The notes below the pieces were generated by a model. That model was given only the letters and a program-made list of their open reading frames with translations, was not told the origin of the DNA and did no database searches. A stretch of DNA of 64,000 nucleotides from the human T2T-CHM13v2.0 reference genome, Homo sapiens, in the NCBI RefSeq assembly GCF_009914755.1, contig NC_060926.1; one strand, given 5' to 3'. The number at the start of each line of letters is the position of its first letter. Positions within the stretch are counted from its first letter, which is position 1. This document shows positions 46,561 to 61,800 of this stretch, in pieces. A program made the position numbers and the translations under genes.

Positions 46561-48435
46561 TTTTTGTGGACTGGGACCTCAGTAACTCTACTCATCCAGT
46601 TGTACCCTCTTGCCAAGGTTGATGGATATATCTGATGTCATTACTCAAGCCCACCGTATGACTAGATGTGCAGTCTGTTTTTCCACTTTGCAACAGATGT
46701 GATTGCAGTGCCTTTGGCTTTTACAGGTGTTTGAGTTCTGTCTGTTTATTGCACAACTACCTGGCCCTCCATCCCTTGGCTGCTTTTATATATGTTATTT
46801 TCCATCTATATCCCCCTAACCCCCAATTAAAAAGAGTGGACCTATTGTATGGGTGTAGAGACAGGAATATATATAAAGAGCCCAGTTTCAATTCACTTCG
46901 CTTCAAGTATCCCTGCTGGGTAGGCTGGGATTCACAGTTGTGCTTTTGACCTATCTTTAGCATCTGAATTTCAGCTTTCTAGAATCCTTAGAGTCTGATT
47001 TGACATATGCTAAAAACACTTTGCAAGTTTTGTAGGCTCTTTTCTCCTCACTGACATTCTAGTTCAGGCTTAATTATTCTTTTTTTTCTTTTGGGGCTTA
47101 ATTATTGGTCAAACAATTAATTAATTGGTCAAGCAAAGTGGTCCCACTCCCCAGTGAGTTCCTTCTTCATATGTCCCAAATTTTGATTCGGAATGATTAT
47201 CCTAATTTTTACTTTAATGGTACTGTTTTGCTCAGAAACCTTCAGTGGTTCCTCATTACTGTCAAGATAAAGTTGTTCCTTAGCCTGGCATTTAAACCTT
47301 TCCAGTGTTTGGCCCCAGCTTTCTTTTCTGGGTTCATTTCCCACTAGTCTGCCCCAGTAAATTGTGTTTTGAAATAAAATTGTCAATTTTTTGTCCTCTA
47401 AACATCTCTTGAGCTTTTCTCTTTCTACCTCTTTATATGTTATTTTCCAAGGAATGTTCTCCCTTAATCTAGTCTATGCTTTTTGAAATTCTACCTATCC
47501 TTTACAGCTCAACTCAGATTTCACCTTGCTTATTAAGTGTTCAGACCATAAAATTTAAAAGTAATCAATTCCTCCTGTGAACTCTCAGTATTTATTTTCC
47601 TTGTTATTCGCTTGGTACTTTATATGTACAACCTTGTACCTTATGAAATTTTTTGTTTTTGTGTGTCCTGTCTCCTGTATTAGGGTATGAGAATGGCAGA
47701 TGGGGATTAGGTTTTATATTTTGTCCTCTGCAGTGTCTTACACACATAGATATTACAATATTTGTCAAGTCATATTGATTAAAGCATAATGCTACTTATG
47801 AATGTACTTAGAGAAATAGACCTTTTGTGGGTGTGAATGTGTGCGTGTTCCTGGAATACTCACAGATAAACTAGGGATTTTCTTGACTAGTTTCAGGGTA
47901 TTTAGGGAATTAAATTGGAAATCTGGTATTGCTTGGAGAACGTGTTGTTCTACAACATAAGAAGTTGGCTGTAAAGGGATATCTCAAAAGTCTGGTGTAG
48001 CTTGGTGAGTAATTGTTCTCCAGTGTAGAGCTCTACCTGTCCTGGGTGACAGAAAAACTTGTGTTCCTTCCTCTGTCTTCTTAACAGTGATGGGAACACT
48101 AATTCCTCATGTATTGAGGATTACTACATTTCTGTTTTAATTTTTCAACACAGTCTTCACAATAAAATACAAATTTTAATTGAATACCTGTTGTTTGATA
48201 ATATGGGGCACCATAAAGTAGTTATATTTTAGGATTCTTGCCTTTCAAGGAGATTATAACCCCTATAAGGGAGTCTCATTTGCTATAAATCATACATGAA
48301 TTTAAAAATAATATACAATACAAAATATGTCACATGAGAGTGTATGGCTTAGTTTTTAACTGAGATATATGGAAACTTGTCTAGCACTTATTTCTTCACT
48401 CACGTGAAATTTTTTATCATGTATACTTGTCTCTG

Positions 48436-48735
48436 TTTTTTTTTTTTTTTTTTTAAGACAAGAGTCTTGCTCTGTCGTCCAGGCTGGATGTGGTGGTGTG
48501 ATCTTGGCTCACTGCAACCTCTGTCTCCTGGGTTCAAGCGATTCTCCTGTCTCAGCCTCCCGAGTAGCTGGGATTTCAGATGTGTACCACCACACACAGC
48601 TAGTTTTTGTGTTTTTAGTAGAGACGGGGTTTCACCATGTTGGCCAGGCTGGTCTTGAACTCCTGACCTCAGGTAATCCGCCTGCCTCAGCCTCCCAAAG
48701 TTCTGGGATTACAGGCGTGAGCCACTGCGCCTGGC
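48436..48735 (-). mobile_element. Alu (AluS-like) with TSD
   Basis: TSD tacttgtctctgttttt. Confidence 0.95.
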
Positions 48736-49878
48736 TACTTGTCTCTGTTTTTACATGTATCCTTCGCTTCCAGATTGTAAATTATAGTAGATGGAGACTT
48801 GTACCACAGTGCTTTCATAATGCTCTACCCACAGTATACATACATAAGTTTGTTACCGATGATACTAGGAGCCTAGTATGATCTGGGTAGGCTTTCTAGA
48901 GGAAGTGGATTTGAATTCAATTTGTGGGCTTTGGAATGTTGCTTATGGCATAGTCCCATGGAACATGATAAAAGCGTTTTTAGTTAATAAAATAGGTTTG
49001 GTGTACCATCTAGAACATGAAGCCTCCTTGGTTACTGTGGCTTTGGCCCTAAAGTGTCCCACATCGATTTTTCTTATAGACTATTGGCTAAAAGTAGTCA
49101 TAGGATACTACTTAAGGGGCTAGGAAGTGTGGGTAAGAACATGAATATTTGGTGAGGAGTAAATGATTTTGCCTTACTATAGCAGAATTGATTTTCTTTA
49201 GTGGTGAATACCAAAATTGGTAGACCCTGCTTGGAGTTATTGAAGAAAAGAAGAATTGCTTTTATGTGTCAACCTAAATGGAATTTTTATTATTAAATTT
49301 ATTTGTGAAAAGAACTTACAAGCACTGAATGGTAGCCTTTGGGACAATTAAAGGAGAAACTTTACTAGTGTGTCTATTTTAGGGGTAAGTATTATGAATT
49401 GTTTTAGTTTGCTACCATCTTTAGAATGGATATTTGAAACAGAAAGTGAATATTTGGCTTCAGTATACCTGATCCAGGACTTTCCTACATATATGGTTTA
49501 ACTGGTAAGATTTCAGGTAAGAAAAGTGAGAGAGGGAGTAAAGGGCTTAGATACTTTTGGAGACTTTTGCTGTCTGAGAAGTTCACAAAATTTCTCTAGT
49601 ATCCTTGGAGGTCATTTTCCCCCTGTTATCAACATATTGCTAATTAATTAAAACCTGTTTTCTCCATTTTTTGTTTGCCTTTCTAATGCTTGGTTTGTTA
49701 AGGACTATTGGGTGGTGGTTAAAATAGTTGGCCAACTATTGGTGTTGGCCAAGTTTGCAGAACTACTAGGAAGCTTAGATCCTTACTTGTCCATGAGGCT
49801 TGTTTTTTCCCTGTTTTATTCCTAAAGTCATCAATCCTGAACTTTTTAAACCTTAGACTTTCTGACTGTATTCCAATA

Positions 49879-50179
49879 TTTTTTTCTTTTTTCTTTTTTT
49901 TTTTTGAGACGGAGTTTTGCCCTTGTTGCTGAGGCTGGAGTGCAATGGGGCAATCTCGGCTCACCGCAACCTCCGCCTCCTGGGTTCAAGCGATTCTTCT
50001 GCCTCAGCCTCCCAAGTAGTACAGGCATGTGCCACCATGCCTGGTTCATTTTGTATTTTTAGTAGAGACGGGGTTTCTCCCTGTTGGTCAGGCTGGTCTT
50101 GAACTCTCAACCTCAGGTGATCCACCTGCCTCGGTCTCCCGAAGTGCTGGGATTACAAGTGTGAGCCACTGTGCTTGGC
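49879..50179 (-). mobile_element. Alu (AluSq/Sp-like)
   Basis: Antisense Alu with small internal deletion. Confidence 0.93.
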
Positions 50180-50329
50180 TATTTTTTCCTTTTTAAAATT
50201 AAATAATGAACCATATAAAATACATGATGACATTTTAATAACAAATTCAAAGAAATGGAAGTATATAGAGTTAAAAAGTGAAAGTCTCTGTCTTGAAGAC
50301 TTTTTTTTATGGTAGCTGTTAATTTAGGC

Positions 50330-50867
50330 TGTGTAGTAAACACCCCTCCCCCCATTCTTTTTAATTTTTTTAGGTCATAGCATCCTTCCCTTTGGCCCAA
50401 GGGATGGGCATGTGACTCAGGCTTGGTCTGTCATAACACTTCATTCTCTTGGACACAGTGGTTGCTGCCGGATGGCCGTGTGATGACCTGAGCAGGTTGA
50501 GTCCTTCCTTGAGATTGAAAAACATATTGGATGAAGGACAGGTTCATCCCATTGGAGTTGCTAAGCCGAGTTAACGTAGAGAGTGCCTTGAAGGAAGCCC
50601 ATCTGCCATAGGAAAGAATGAGGCCAACATACAGAGTAAAGCAGAGCTGGCGGAGACAGATAGACAGACTCACTCACACACACACTCACTCTCACATGCT
50701 TGAATGAGTGAGCATTGGGAGCCATTGGAGCCTTTGGATCTAGTTGCACTCTGTATTAGATCCACCCAATATTTCCCAGTTAAATGAACTCATCAGTTGC
50801 CCAATTTGCTTGTGCTGGTTTGCAAGTGTTCCTGTTGTTTGTAACTGAAAGAGTCCTTGCTAATCCA
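50330..50867 (+). mobile_element. MLT1-family solo LTR
   Basis: gggatgggcatgtgactcaggc near the start, gtaactgaaagagtccttgctaatcca end typical of old MLT1 LTRs. Confidence 0.65.
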
Positions 50868-51894
50868 GACCCCTGTTGGCATCATCATCATCATCATCAT
50901 TAGAATCTATGTAGTAAATTTTTTTCCAGGTCTCGGTACCAGGAAAAGCTGTGTTTCCTTTGACCAGCTGGTTTGCTTGTATTATGTAGTCATCATGACT
51001 TTTGAAACTGATAGTTATTTCTCTCTTTGGCTAAAGATTTAGTTAGCTGGGGGTACATGTCTCAGTTGGATGCTCTATAGCTGCTTTATTCAGGTGATTT
51101 AATGGCTGAGCTGAATGCTGGGAAACTCTTGCTTTGAGGACTTTTGGGGTCAAAATCATTGTGATGACATTGAAGGCTATAGAACTTTGGGACTCAATTG
51201 ACTGTCCATTGGTGCAGATTCAGAATCATTTTCAGAGGAAAATTTTGGCTCGTTACTTTCTTGGCTCACTTCCGTGGAGAGGTGGGTTGGCAGCCTACTT
51301 AGACATCTTTAGTGGTTAGGTTCCTTAATTATCATAAGAGAATACTCACCTGATTGCATTTGATTATGAAATATATATAGTACCTATAATTGGCAGTATG
51401 GCATAGCTTCACTCTAGCAAGTATGTATCCACATACTCTGCTGCCTGATTTTTATTAAAAAAACCTAGAAACAGCATTTTTTGAGAATTGCTTAAATAAA
51501 ACACTTTCAATCCATTGCTTTAGAAAGAATCAGTTTTTACTTGGACCAGGCCAGAATACCAGAGAGTATGTTGATTGCATTGTTTTAGACTGGGATAGAA
51601 TTGCTTTTACAGAATTGTTCTTTGGTGTAATGCAATAAACATTTATTAAGAGCTATTAAAACAAACAGCTTTATGAAATTTAGCACTTCTCTTGTAGAAT
51701 TCTTGTGAGGGTATTATCTCCTTTATCTCAGTGTCCTTGTTGATGTTGTTACTACTATTACAGTAGTACTGTTACTATTAGCGGCTCATCTGGAGGACGA
51801 AGACTGAACATAAAATGAGCTAATATATGATGGGCAAATACTGTCTTTAGCTGGAAGCAAATGCTTATATCCAAAGGGAGACAGCTTTATGGAT

Positions 51895-52135
51895 GAGGGG
51901 CTGTGTTAGGAGTATGGGCTCTGGAGCCAGATTTCCTAAGCTTGAATTCTGGCTCTCTCTGCTACTGCCTAGTTGTTGTGTTACTTAACCTCTTGGTGCC
52001 TCAGCCTTTTCATCGTTAAATAGGGATGATAGTACCTGTCTCCACAAGGTGGTTGTGAGAATTTTGTGAGTTTACACATACAAAATGCTGAGGTCATGCC
52101 AGGTCCAGAACATATACAGTGAAGGTGAGCTGCTG
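51895..52135 (+). mobile_element. MIR, near full length
   Basis: gggctctggagccaga...ttacttaacctcttggtgcctcag...aaatagggatgatagtacct. Confidence 0.8.
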
Positions 52136-52137
52136 GG

Positions 52138-52310
52138 TTTTTTTTTTTTTTTTTTTTTAAATGTTTAAAATAAATAGTACATACTTATGGGGTGCCTATG
52201 ATATTTTGATACATGCATACAATGTATAATTATCAAATCAGGATATTTAGGATATCCATTACCTCAAACATTTATCATTTCTTTGTGTTGGAAACATTTC
52301 AGATCTATTG
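52138..52310 (-). mobile_element. Short L1 3' end (L1MA/L1PB-like)
   Basis: Poly-T followed by gatattttgatacatgcatacaatgtataattatcaaatcagg, the antisense L1MA/PB terminus. Confidence 0.8.
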
Positions 52311-54762
52311 TTTTTTATCATCTTCATCATCATCATTAGAATCTATGGTAGTAATTTTTTCTCCACGTCTCGGTACCAGGAAAAGCTGTTTCCTTTGACC
52401 AGCTGGTTCACTTGTATTACGTAGTCATCATGACTTGTAACTGATTGTTATTTCTCTCTTAGGAAGGGAACTCAAAGTCAAATGTGTGTTCCTTCTCTTA
52501 TAACTGTATAGGACCTTGTAGCATATGGTTTGTGTGGTAAACTTACCTCTGACTTTATCTTATTTTCCTTTTCATTTTCTCTATGCCCAATTTCTTCTTT
52601 CTTTTTAATTCTAATACACCCTGTGAACGGTCTCAAATCCTTTTTGAAGTAATATGGAAACAAACAAGTAATTTCATTATAGCATGTGCTCATATTGAAA
52701 TTTCAGATTAATTTTCATTTAATTTACCTTAAGCTAGCTACTTCCTCATGACAAGGAGGAGCTATAATTTTTATTAAGATATCTCAAATCATATCATAGT
52801 TGGGTTACTTCTGGGAAGGTTCCATTTGACAGCTAATCCTATTGATGGTGTTAGCTTTCTTTTAAGCTTTAATTAAAAAGAAAATTGTGAAAATTTCATT
52901 TCATAGTTATGACTTTTATTCTCATTTTTTTCTTTGACTTTTGCTCCAGCCATCTCTCGTGGATTTGGGAAGGAAAAGGGGGGCTTATTTAAAAAACTTG
53001 TGAACCTATAGTCTTAAGAATAGTCTTCAGAATAAGACTTTTATATTAGGTTATAGCATAGGCAGAGTAAAGTCTATATATGTTGTTGTTGCCTTTCTTT
53101 TACAAACCAGAACATTCATTAATTTATTTGCAATGACAAAAAAAAAGGAATGTCCCAAAGTCTAGAATATTCCTGAATATTCTGGTTATGTCATTAGCAT
53201 AATCACTTCCCCAAGCAGATGTACATGGGGCTGATACTGTCTTTTTTGGGGGGAGAATTCAAAAAAATTTTAATGAATGAAATGTCTCAAGTCTTTTTTA
53301 AAATTTGTAGATTCCCTCTTCCCCCCATCCCCTTTTTTTTCTTTGTAATTTATCTTTTGAAGAACCTGTGTGGTTGTCCTGTAGAATTTCCTACAGTCTG
53401 GATTGCAGTTTGGTTAAACATGTTGCTCTGCCCTCTCTATATCCTGTAAATTGACAGTTTGATGTAGAAGCTTGATTAAGATGTTATTTTTTTGGTGGGG
53501 GGAGGACAAGACAACTTTATAGATAGTATTGTGAGACACACAAAATCTCTGGTTATCTTTTGTGATGTTAGCAGTTGTTGGTATCACTATTGGCTTTTGC
53601 TTCTTAAAATCCTAAAGTGATCACCATGTTGTCTAGAAGAAAATGGGGAGGCATTGTCTGGAAATGATAGAGTCTGCTTTGTACAAATAGGACTCCTGGT
53701 GTGACCACTTGAGAATGAAGCAATATTGTGTGGAATCAAGAAGATCTAGGTATCAGTCTTGGCTCCTCTGTGTAGGAGCTGTTTGATCTTGCGTAATCAA
53801 CAAAATCAGCAACAATGACAGCAGCAGCTACATTCACTTAGTGCTTGTTTTGTACCAGATTATGTGCTAAGTGCTTTATATACATTGTGTAATCTAATCT
53901 TTATAACAATCCTGTAAGCCAGACATTATCATATTTATTTTTGCAGTTCAGAAATATTAAAGTGTCCAAGGCCACATTGCTAAGAAATAGTGAAACAGGG
54001 AGTTCAAGCCCTTGCTTGACTCCAATCTTGTGCTCATAATCACTTTGTTCTTCTATATCTGTAAAAGTGGGTATACAAATAGCTGCCTTATCTACTTTGG
54101 GGGTCAATTAGATGTTGTTTGTGAAAATGCCTTGAAAAATAAGATAGATATTAAAGTGAGAAGTACGCTGGGATGACCATTCATGAGGAAAGGTGGATGG
54201 TGGAGGCTTTGCCTATAACTAAGTGACAGTGAAAAGTTTGGATGGAAAGAACCCTGTGGTCATTTTCTGACTTTCATTTCTATTACTATTGCTGTTGAAA
54301 TGTGGAAGTGTTTTCTTCTCTTGTTAAAATTGAGAGTGATAGAGATTTTACAGGTGGTAAATGTTGCATGTCAGAGGTTGCTTGAGAGTCCCTGGGTGAA
54401 CAGTGATGTCTTGGTTTTACTCCATTTGCCATATATGTAGGCTTAGTACAGATGGGTTTAACAGAGAGAAAGAGTATAGTCACAGTTCAGATTCTTTTTT
54501 CTAAAAGGACAAATATTTGTTAAAAGTAGGAGAAATTATAATTGAATGTATAATATTTTATCTCTTTAGCTGGGTAGTGGGTATATAATGTATATTAAAA
54601 TTATTTTCAGTACCTCTTTATTTGTCTGAACTATTTTATAATGAATAAAACTATTAAAGTACTTACCACTAATATTTGCATGTGTGACAGACTAAGAAAG
54701 AAATAGGAGTGAGGTTGGTACCTTTAGGTCTGCCTGCCTGGGGCAGAGTGTAGGACTGTGCA

Positions 54763-55352
<590 letters not shown>

Positions 55353-55544
55353 GTAGTGCACTATATTTTCGGTAAACTTTGGTAATGCGTTTATCAGAAA
55401 GCCTTAGGGCTTGACCTGGACACATTTTCTTGGTACTTTGCTTCTTGCAGTTCTTTTTGTACTCTGGGGACTTTATTGCCATATTCTCTTTACTGTGGTG
55501 AAATATCTAGTATTTCATTCTGGTATTCCCAACAAAGTTTTCCC

Positions 55545-56620
55545 ATTTTCTTGAGATATAAATCATATTCCATAAGTCACCCTGTTAAAGTGTACAATTT
55601 GGCAGCTTTTAGTATATTCACAAAGTTGTACAACCATCACCATTGTGTAATATCAAACTTTTGTTTCCTCAGAAAGAAATTCCGTGCCTGTTAGCAGTGT
55701 CTCCCCATTCCTCCCTTCCTCAGCCACAGGCACCCACTAATCTATTTGCTGTCTCTATGGATTTGCCTATTTTGTACATTTCATGTAAGTGAAATCATAC
55801 AATATTTCACCTTTTGTCTGACTTCTTTCACTTAGTGTAATGTTTTTGAGGTTCATCCATGTTGTAGCATGTATCAGTACTTGATTCCTTTTTATGGCCA
55901 AATAATGTCCCACTGTAATCCATTTTGACTACTATGAATAATGCTTCTCTGAACTTTCATGTACAAGTTTTTGCATGGACATATGTTTTCATTTGTCTTG
56001 AGTATATGAATTGCGGGGTCATATGATAATTGTGTTTAACATTGTGAGAACGGCAAAACTGTTTTACAAAGTGGCTGCACCATTTTACATTCCCAGCAGC
56101 AGTGTATGAGGGTTCTGATTTCTCCACATTCTCCAGTGAAGTGGCATCTCACTATAATTGTTGATTTGCATTTCCCTAATGACTATGTTGAATAGTTTTG
56201 CATATGCTTTTTGGCCATTTGTACATTTTCCTTGAAGAAATGTCTCTTCAGATCTTTTGCTTATTTTAAAATTGTGTTGTCTTTTGTACTGAATTGTAAG
56301 AATTCTTTATATATTCTGGATGCAAGTCCTTTATCAGATATATGATTTGCAAATATATTCTCCCATCCTGTAGTTTGTCTTTTTACTTTCTTGGTGGTTA
56401 TTCTTTGAGGGACAAACATTTCTAATTTTGATAAGTCCAATTTATTGATTTTGTTCCTTCTTATGCTTTTGGTGCCATATTGAAGAAACCATTGTCTAAT
56501 CCAAGGTCACAAAAATTTATGTCTTTTTTTTCTAAGAGTTTTAGTGCTTACATTTAGGTCTGATATATTTTTAGTTAATTTTTCTATATGGTATGAGTTA
56601 GATCCCAATTTTTTTTTACA
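55545..56620 (-). mobile_element. L1MB-like 3' fragment
   Basis: agtatattcacaaagttgtacaaccatcacc; gaggttcatccatgttgtagcatgtatcagtac; gcaaatatattctcccat. Confidence 0.85.
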
Positions 56621-57799
56621 GTGGGGACAAAAGCTCATTATATTCCAAATACATACATCAGTAGCACTTTCAGTTTCCACCTTGCTTGATAATATTTTAA
56701 TCACTATATGATTCTGCCACTTCATTTGTTTCACCCTCGACTCCCTGCTAAGTATTTGCTGTACCGAAACTGTACTAACTTTTGCACTTATCGTAGAATG
56801 TGAAAGTTAGGAGGATGTTTATTGATTATGCAGTTGAATCTCTTAGAGTAGAGCCCTCTGCATCTGTGACAGAAGAGCTTTCAACTGTTTGAACAGTTTT
56901 AGAGGTGGTTAGTTCACTGAAGTGTGTTGTACTATAATACAATAGTTATATTAAGAAGTCTTACCTATTCAAACATCATTTTATAAATAAAAAAAGTTTC
57001 AGAAGGAACAGGGGTTTAGGAGCTCAATAGGTTTAATAAGTTATTTTGCTTTTAGCAGTTTAAATTAAAGAGAGTTGGTGATTGGATCAAAACCCACAGT
57101 GTTTTATAATTAAATGAGAGCATTATATCCACCGGTGCAGTAGGAGAAATGCTTGTATTCCTAAAGCAATTCAGTTCAGTTTTTAAAAGCTCTAATGGCT
57201 AGAAAGTTTATTCTTTTTTTCAGTTGGAATGTTGCCCTTGGTAATGACTACCCATTTTATCAAGGTCCTCTTAAAACTCAGAGTCTAAAATTAAACTTCA
57301 CTTATGTGCAGAGTGGTGCAGCGTGGTACAGAGTGTAATTGTCTGATAGTTTTTTTGTTTTTCCTTTTCATATAACCCAGAATTAAGCTGTTAATGGAAG
57401 CCATGCTATCTTTGGGGCTCATCTTGAGTTTGTTATCAGTGAAACCCCTCTCTAACAAGAGTTTCTAAGTGCATCTCCTGTTCCTTTGAAACACTACAGT
57501 TGTGAAATGTGCTTTGCACCTATAGATCTGGACTCATCTCTGACTGCTTGGCTGCGTAACCTTAGCCAAAACACCGTTTCTTTGATCTCAACTCGCTTTT
57601 CTGTTGAATGGAGTTAATTCCTCCATTTTTGCAGTATTGGATGATTAAATGAAATGATTTGTGTGTGTGGGTGCATATGGCTCTACCACACACAGATGAA
57701 AGTAAGGCTTGCGAAAACAGCCTTCTGTCACAAGTACTTCTTTGCTGGCCTTACTTAGTCAGATATTAGCTATTTGTTAGCATCCGTCCAGTTCAGATG

Positions 57800-58460
57800 T
57801 CTTGATATCCTGAATTGATAGGAAATATTTCAAACATGCAGAAAAGAATAGTGGAAAAATCATTCCGTGCACCTTCTGCCCAACTTAGATCTTAACATTT
57901 TGCCTTATTTCAGATTTTTTAAAAAAGAAGTAAAACATTGTGGAGTTCAGCCTTCTCTGTACCCTCTTTCTTTTACCCCTTCCACATTCCCCAGAGGAAA
58001 CATTGTTCTGAATATATTTGTTATCTATATATAATGTAATTGTTTTGCATGTTTTAAACCTCAGATACATACTATACTGCAATATGCTCTTGCAGTACCC
58101 TTTTTTTTTCTCATCCTTTTTTTCCTGCAATTTCTATTTCATGGCTACATCACAATTTACTTACTCACGCTCCTCTGGGTGGTTATTAGGTAATTTCCAT
58201 GTTTTATTATTAGACAATGCTGTAGTCAACATTCCTGAACATACTGGTTGTGAACATATGTGCATTTCTATAGAGAGCTTGTAAGGAAAATGTGTGTGTG
58301 TGTGTGCGTGCACACGTGTACATATGTGCTTGCGTATAGGATTGGAATCTGGTTGAAAAGTATATGCATCTTCAACTTTGGAGAATAATTTGACATTATT
58401 TAATAAAATATACCAATTTAAACATTACTGTCAGAGTGTGAGAGTTTTACATTCCTCAAA
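57800..58460 (-). mobile_element. Old L1ME-like fragment
   Basis: Degenerate antisense L1 3' motifs (aaatatttcaaacatgcagaaaag; acaatgctgtagtcaacattcctgaacata). Confidence 0.55.
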
Positions 58461-58710
58461 CATTTCTAGTGTTTCATTTCTTAGCATTATCTAAAATGGG
58501 ATTCATAAGGTTCTAGATGGTTAGCAGCTGTTAGGGTCAGCAATTTCTCCGGCCAACTGTAGGAGGACTTGGTATGTGTAGAAAACATTTATTCTAGCAA
58601 ATGAACAGGCTTCTGATACTGTGTGGCTCAGGATCTATGACTAACTTATTCTGGTATAAAGCCACCCAGAATTCATTTGACCAGTTTACTTAAAAACTAG
58701 CAAATTTTTA

Positions 58711-59039
58711 GGCCAGGTGCGGTGGCTCATGCCTGTAATCTCAGCACTTTGGGAGGCCGAGGCAGGCGGATCACGAGGTCAGGAGATCGAGACCATCCTG
58801 GCTAACACTGTGAAACCCTGTCTCTACTAAAAATACAAAAAATTAGCCGGGTGTGGTGGCACACACCTGTAGTCCCAGCTACTCGGGAGGCTGAGGTGGG
58901 AGAATCTTGAACCCGGGAGGTGGAGGTTGCAGTGAGCTGAGATCACGCCACTGCACTCCAGCCTGGGCAACAGAGTGAGACTCTGTCTCAAAAAAAAAAA
59001 AAAAAAAAAAGGAAAAAAACAAAAAGAAAAAAAGAAAAA
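58711..59039 (+). mobile_element. Alu (AluSc-like) with TSD
   Basis: ggatcacgaggtcaggagatcgagaccatcctggctaac; TSD tagcaaattttt. Confidence 0.95.
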
Positions 59040-59222
59040 TAGCAAATTTTTTTTATCTCTGAGTCACATAAGCATTGGTAATAGTCTTCATTACCTATAT
59101 ATTACTCGATTAAGCTCTATGTGAGCAAGTAAAGTGAGTATCTGGCAATTGTGACTTAAAATAAATATTATTAAGAGATTAATAAAATAAGCATAGGATA
59201 ATCTGTAATAAAATGTGAATAT

Positions 59223-59499
59223 AGGACCAGGTGTGGTAGCTCACAACCGTAATCTTAGCACTTTGGGAGACTGAGGCAGGCGGACCACTTGAGCCCAGGG
59301 GTTTGAGACCAGCCTGGGCAACATGGGGAAACTCCATATCTACAAAAATACGAAAACTAGCCGATTGTGTTGGTGTGCCTCTGAGGTGGGAGGATCGCTT
59401 AAGCTTGGGAGGTCGAGACTGCAGTGAGTGGTGATTGTGCCACTGTGCTCCAGCCTGGGTGACAGGGCAGAGTGTCTCAAAAAAAACAAGAAAAAAAAG
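59223..59499 (+). mobile_element. AluJ-like element
   Basis: Diverged sense Alu with internal deletion. Confidence 0.88.
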
Positions 59500-59841
59500 T
59501 AAACGTATAAATAGATAAATTTATATGGCTTAAGATTTTGATGTTAAAGACATCTAGGATAATTTAATGCAAAGTAAATATTAAGTGTAGTATAATGAAT
59601 GTTAGGTGAATATGCAGAATTAATAAAGTTACATTAGTTATCCATAGCTTAAAGACAGAGATGGTACGGATTCATTGGATTAAGAAGCAAGTGTGTGAGC
59701 CAGAAGAGTGCTTATCAATCTGTGACCTTTGCTTGGACTCCAGGCATTGGAATAAGTTACCAAAGTTGTTTAATCTAATTTAGCATTGAGAAAGAACTTA
59801 TCTAAAAAAGATTATTTTTGTTTTCAAAAATTTTTTGTTAA

Positions 59842-60254
<413 letters not shown>

Positions 60255-60878
60255 TAATAATTTATCTCTACTTTTGGCATTTTGAGTGATTAAGAGTGAT
60301 TCATGTTATATTACTTGGAGGAAGGCTGTCTTGTTTTCTTGCTTGCTTATTTGCATTATTGAATTATTGGTCCAAAGTTATGAAAAGAATATTGGAACAT
60401 TATGGAAACTAGGGGGAAATGTTAAAAAGTAGGAGGGAGAAAAAACCTGTAGAGCAAGTAAAGTAAGCAATGACTACCTATACGTAATACTATCCCTAAA
60501 CAAAAGCTATTAATTTGGTGGGCTTCTGAAAGTTAGTCTAGATTTATAACTTTATTCAGTTTTTTTCCTAAAGCTAGTCTATAATTTATAGAACCAGGAG
60601 TTAAAAACAAAACAAACAAAAAACAGAAGCCCTCAGTGAAGCTCCTTCAAGAAAGAAGTTATTCTTTTAGTTCTACTTCTGCTCTTTGTTAGTGCCTCAG
60701 AAGCTCTTACTAAGGAAGAGCCTTAGCTCAGTCAGCAGGCAGTCACTCTGGTGGCTTGACTCCTGTATGCTAGCTGCTTGGTAGGCTGAATAGACTGAGC
60801 CTTGCTCTGCATGTTATAAAGGCACAAGTGACATGGACCCTGACCTATGAAATAATTTTTTTCTCTTTATGAATATAA

Positions 60879-61194
<316 letters not shown>

Positions 61195-61601
61195 CCGCCT
61201 TTTTTTTTTAATTGAGGGGAGAAGCAAAGATAAAAGTTCATTACGTTGTGTCATTACGCAGTGACATTATGTCACTGCTGTTAACTGATCCAAGCTAATG
61301 GCCACACTAATGAAATGTCAATGAATATATTAATACAGATTAAGAATTTTTTTAACTTGGTTTAATCCCCCTTCAATTCTCAGTCTGATACCTGACCCTT
61401 TTCTCTCCTCTCCCATGTATTAGTATCATCTTTCTCACTTTCTCTCTTATACCTCTGTTACTCCCATTGCTGTGAAGTTGCCTCTCTGGCCTTCATTCCA
61501 ATGTACTTTCCTATTTCTATCCAGCTTTCTTTTTTTTTTTTTTTTCATTTTAAAAATATATCTTTATATACCAGTGTTTTTTCCTGTGCTCCCCCTTCAA
61601 C

Positions 61602-61800
61602 CACATATATATGTGCATGTGTGTGTGCGCGCGTGTGTATATATATACGTATATATACACGTATATATACGTATATATACACATATACGTATATATACGT
61701 GTATATATACGTATATATACACATATACGTATATATACGTGTATATATACGTATATATACACATATACGTATATATACGTGTATATATACGTATATATAT

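Noticed and set aside
61681-61800. Regular 40-bp repeats as a CRISPR-like array
   Set aside because: No unique spacers, no cas genes, eukaryotic context; it is a minisatellite.
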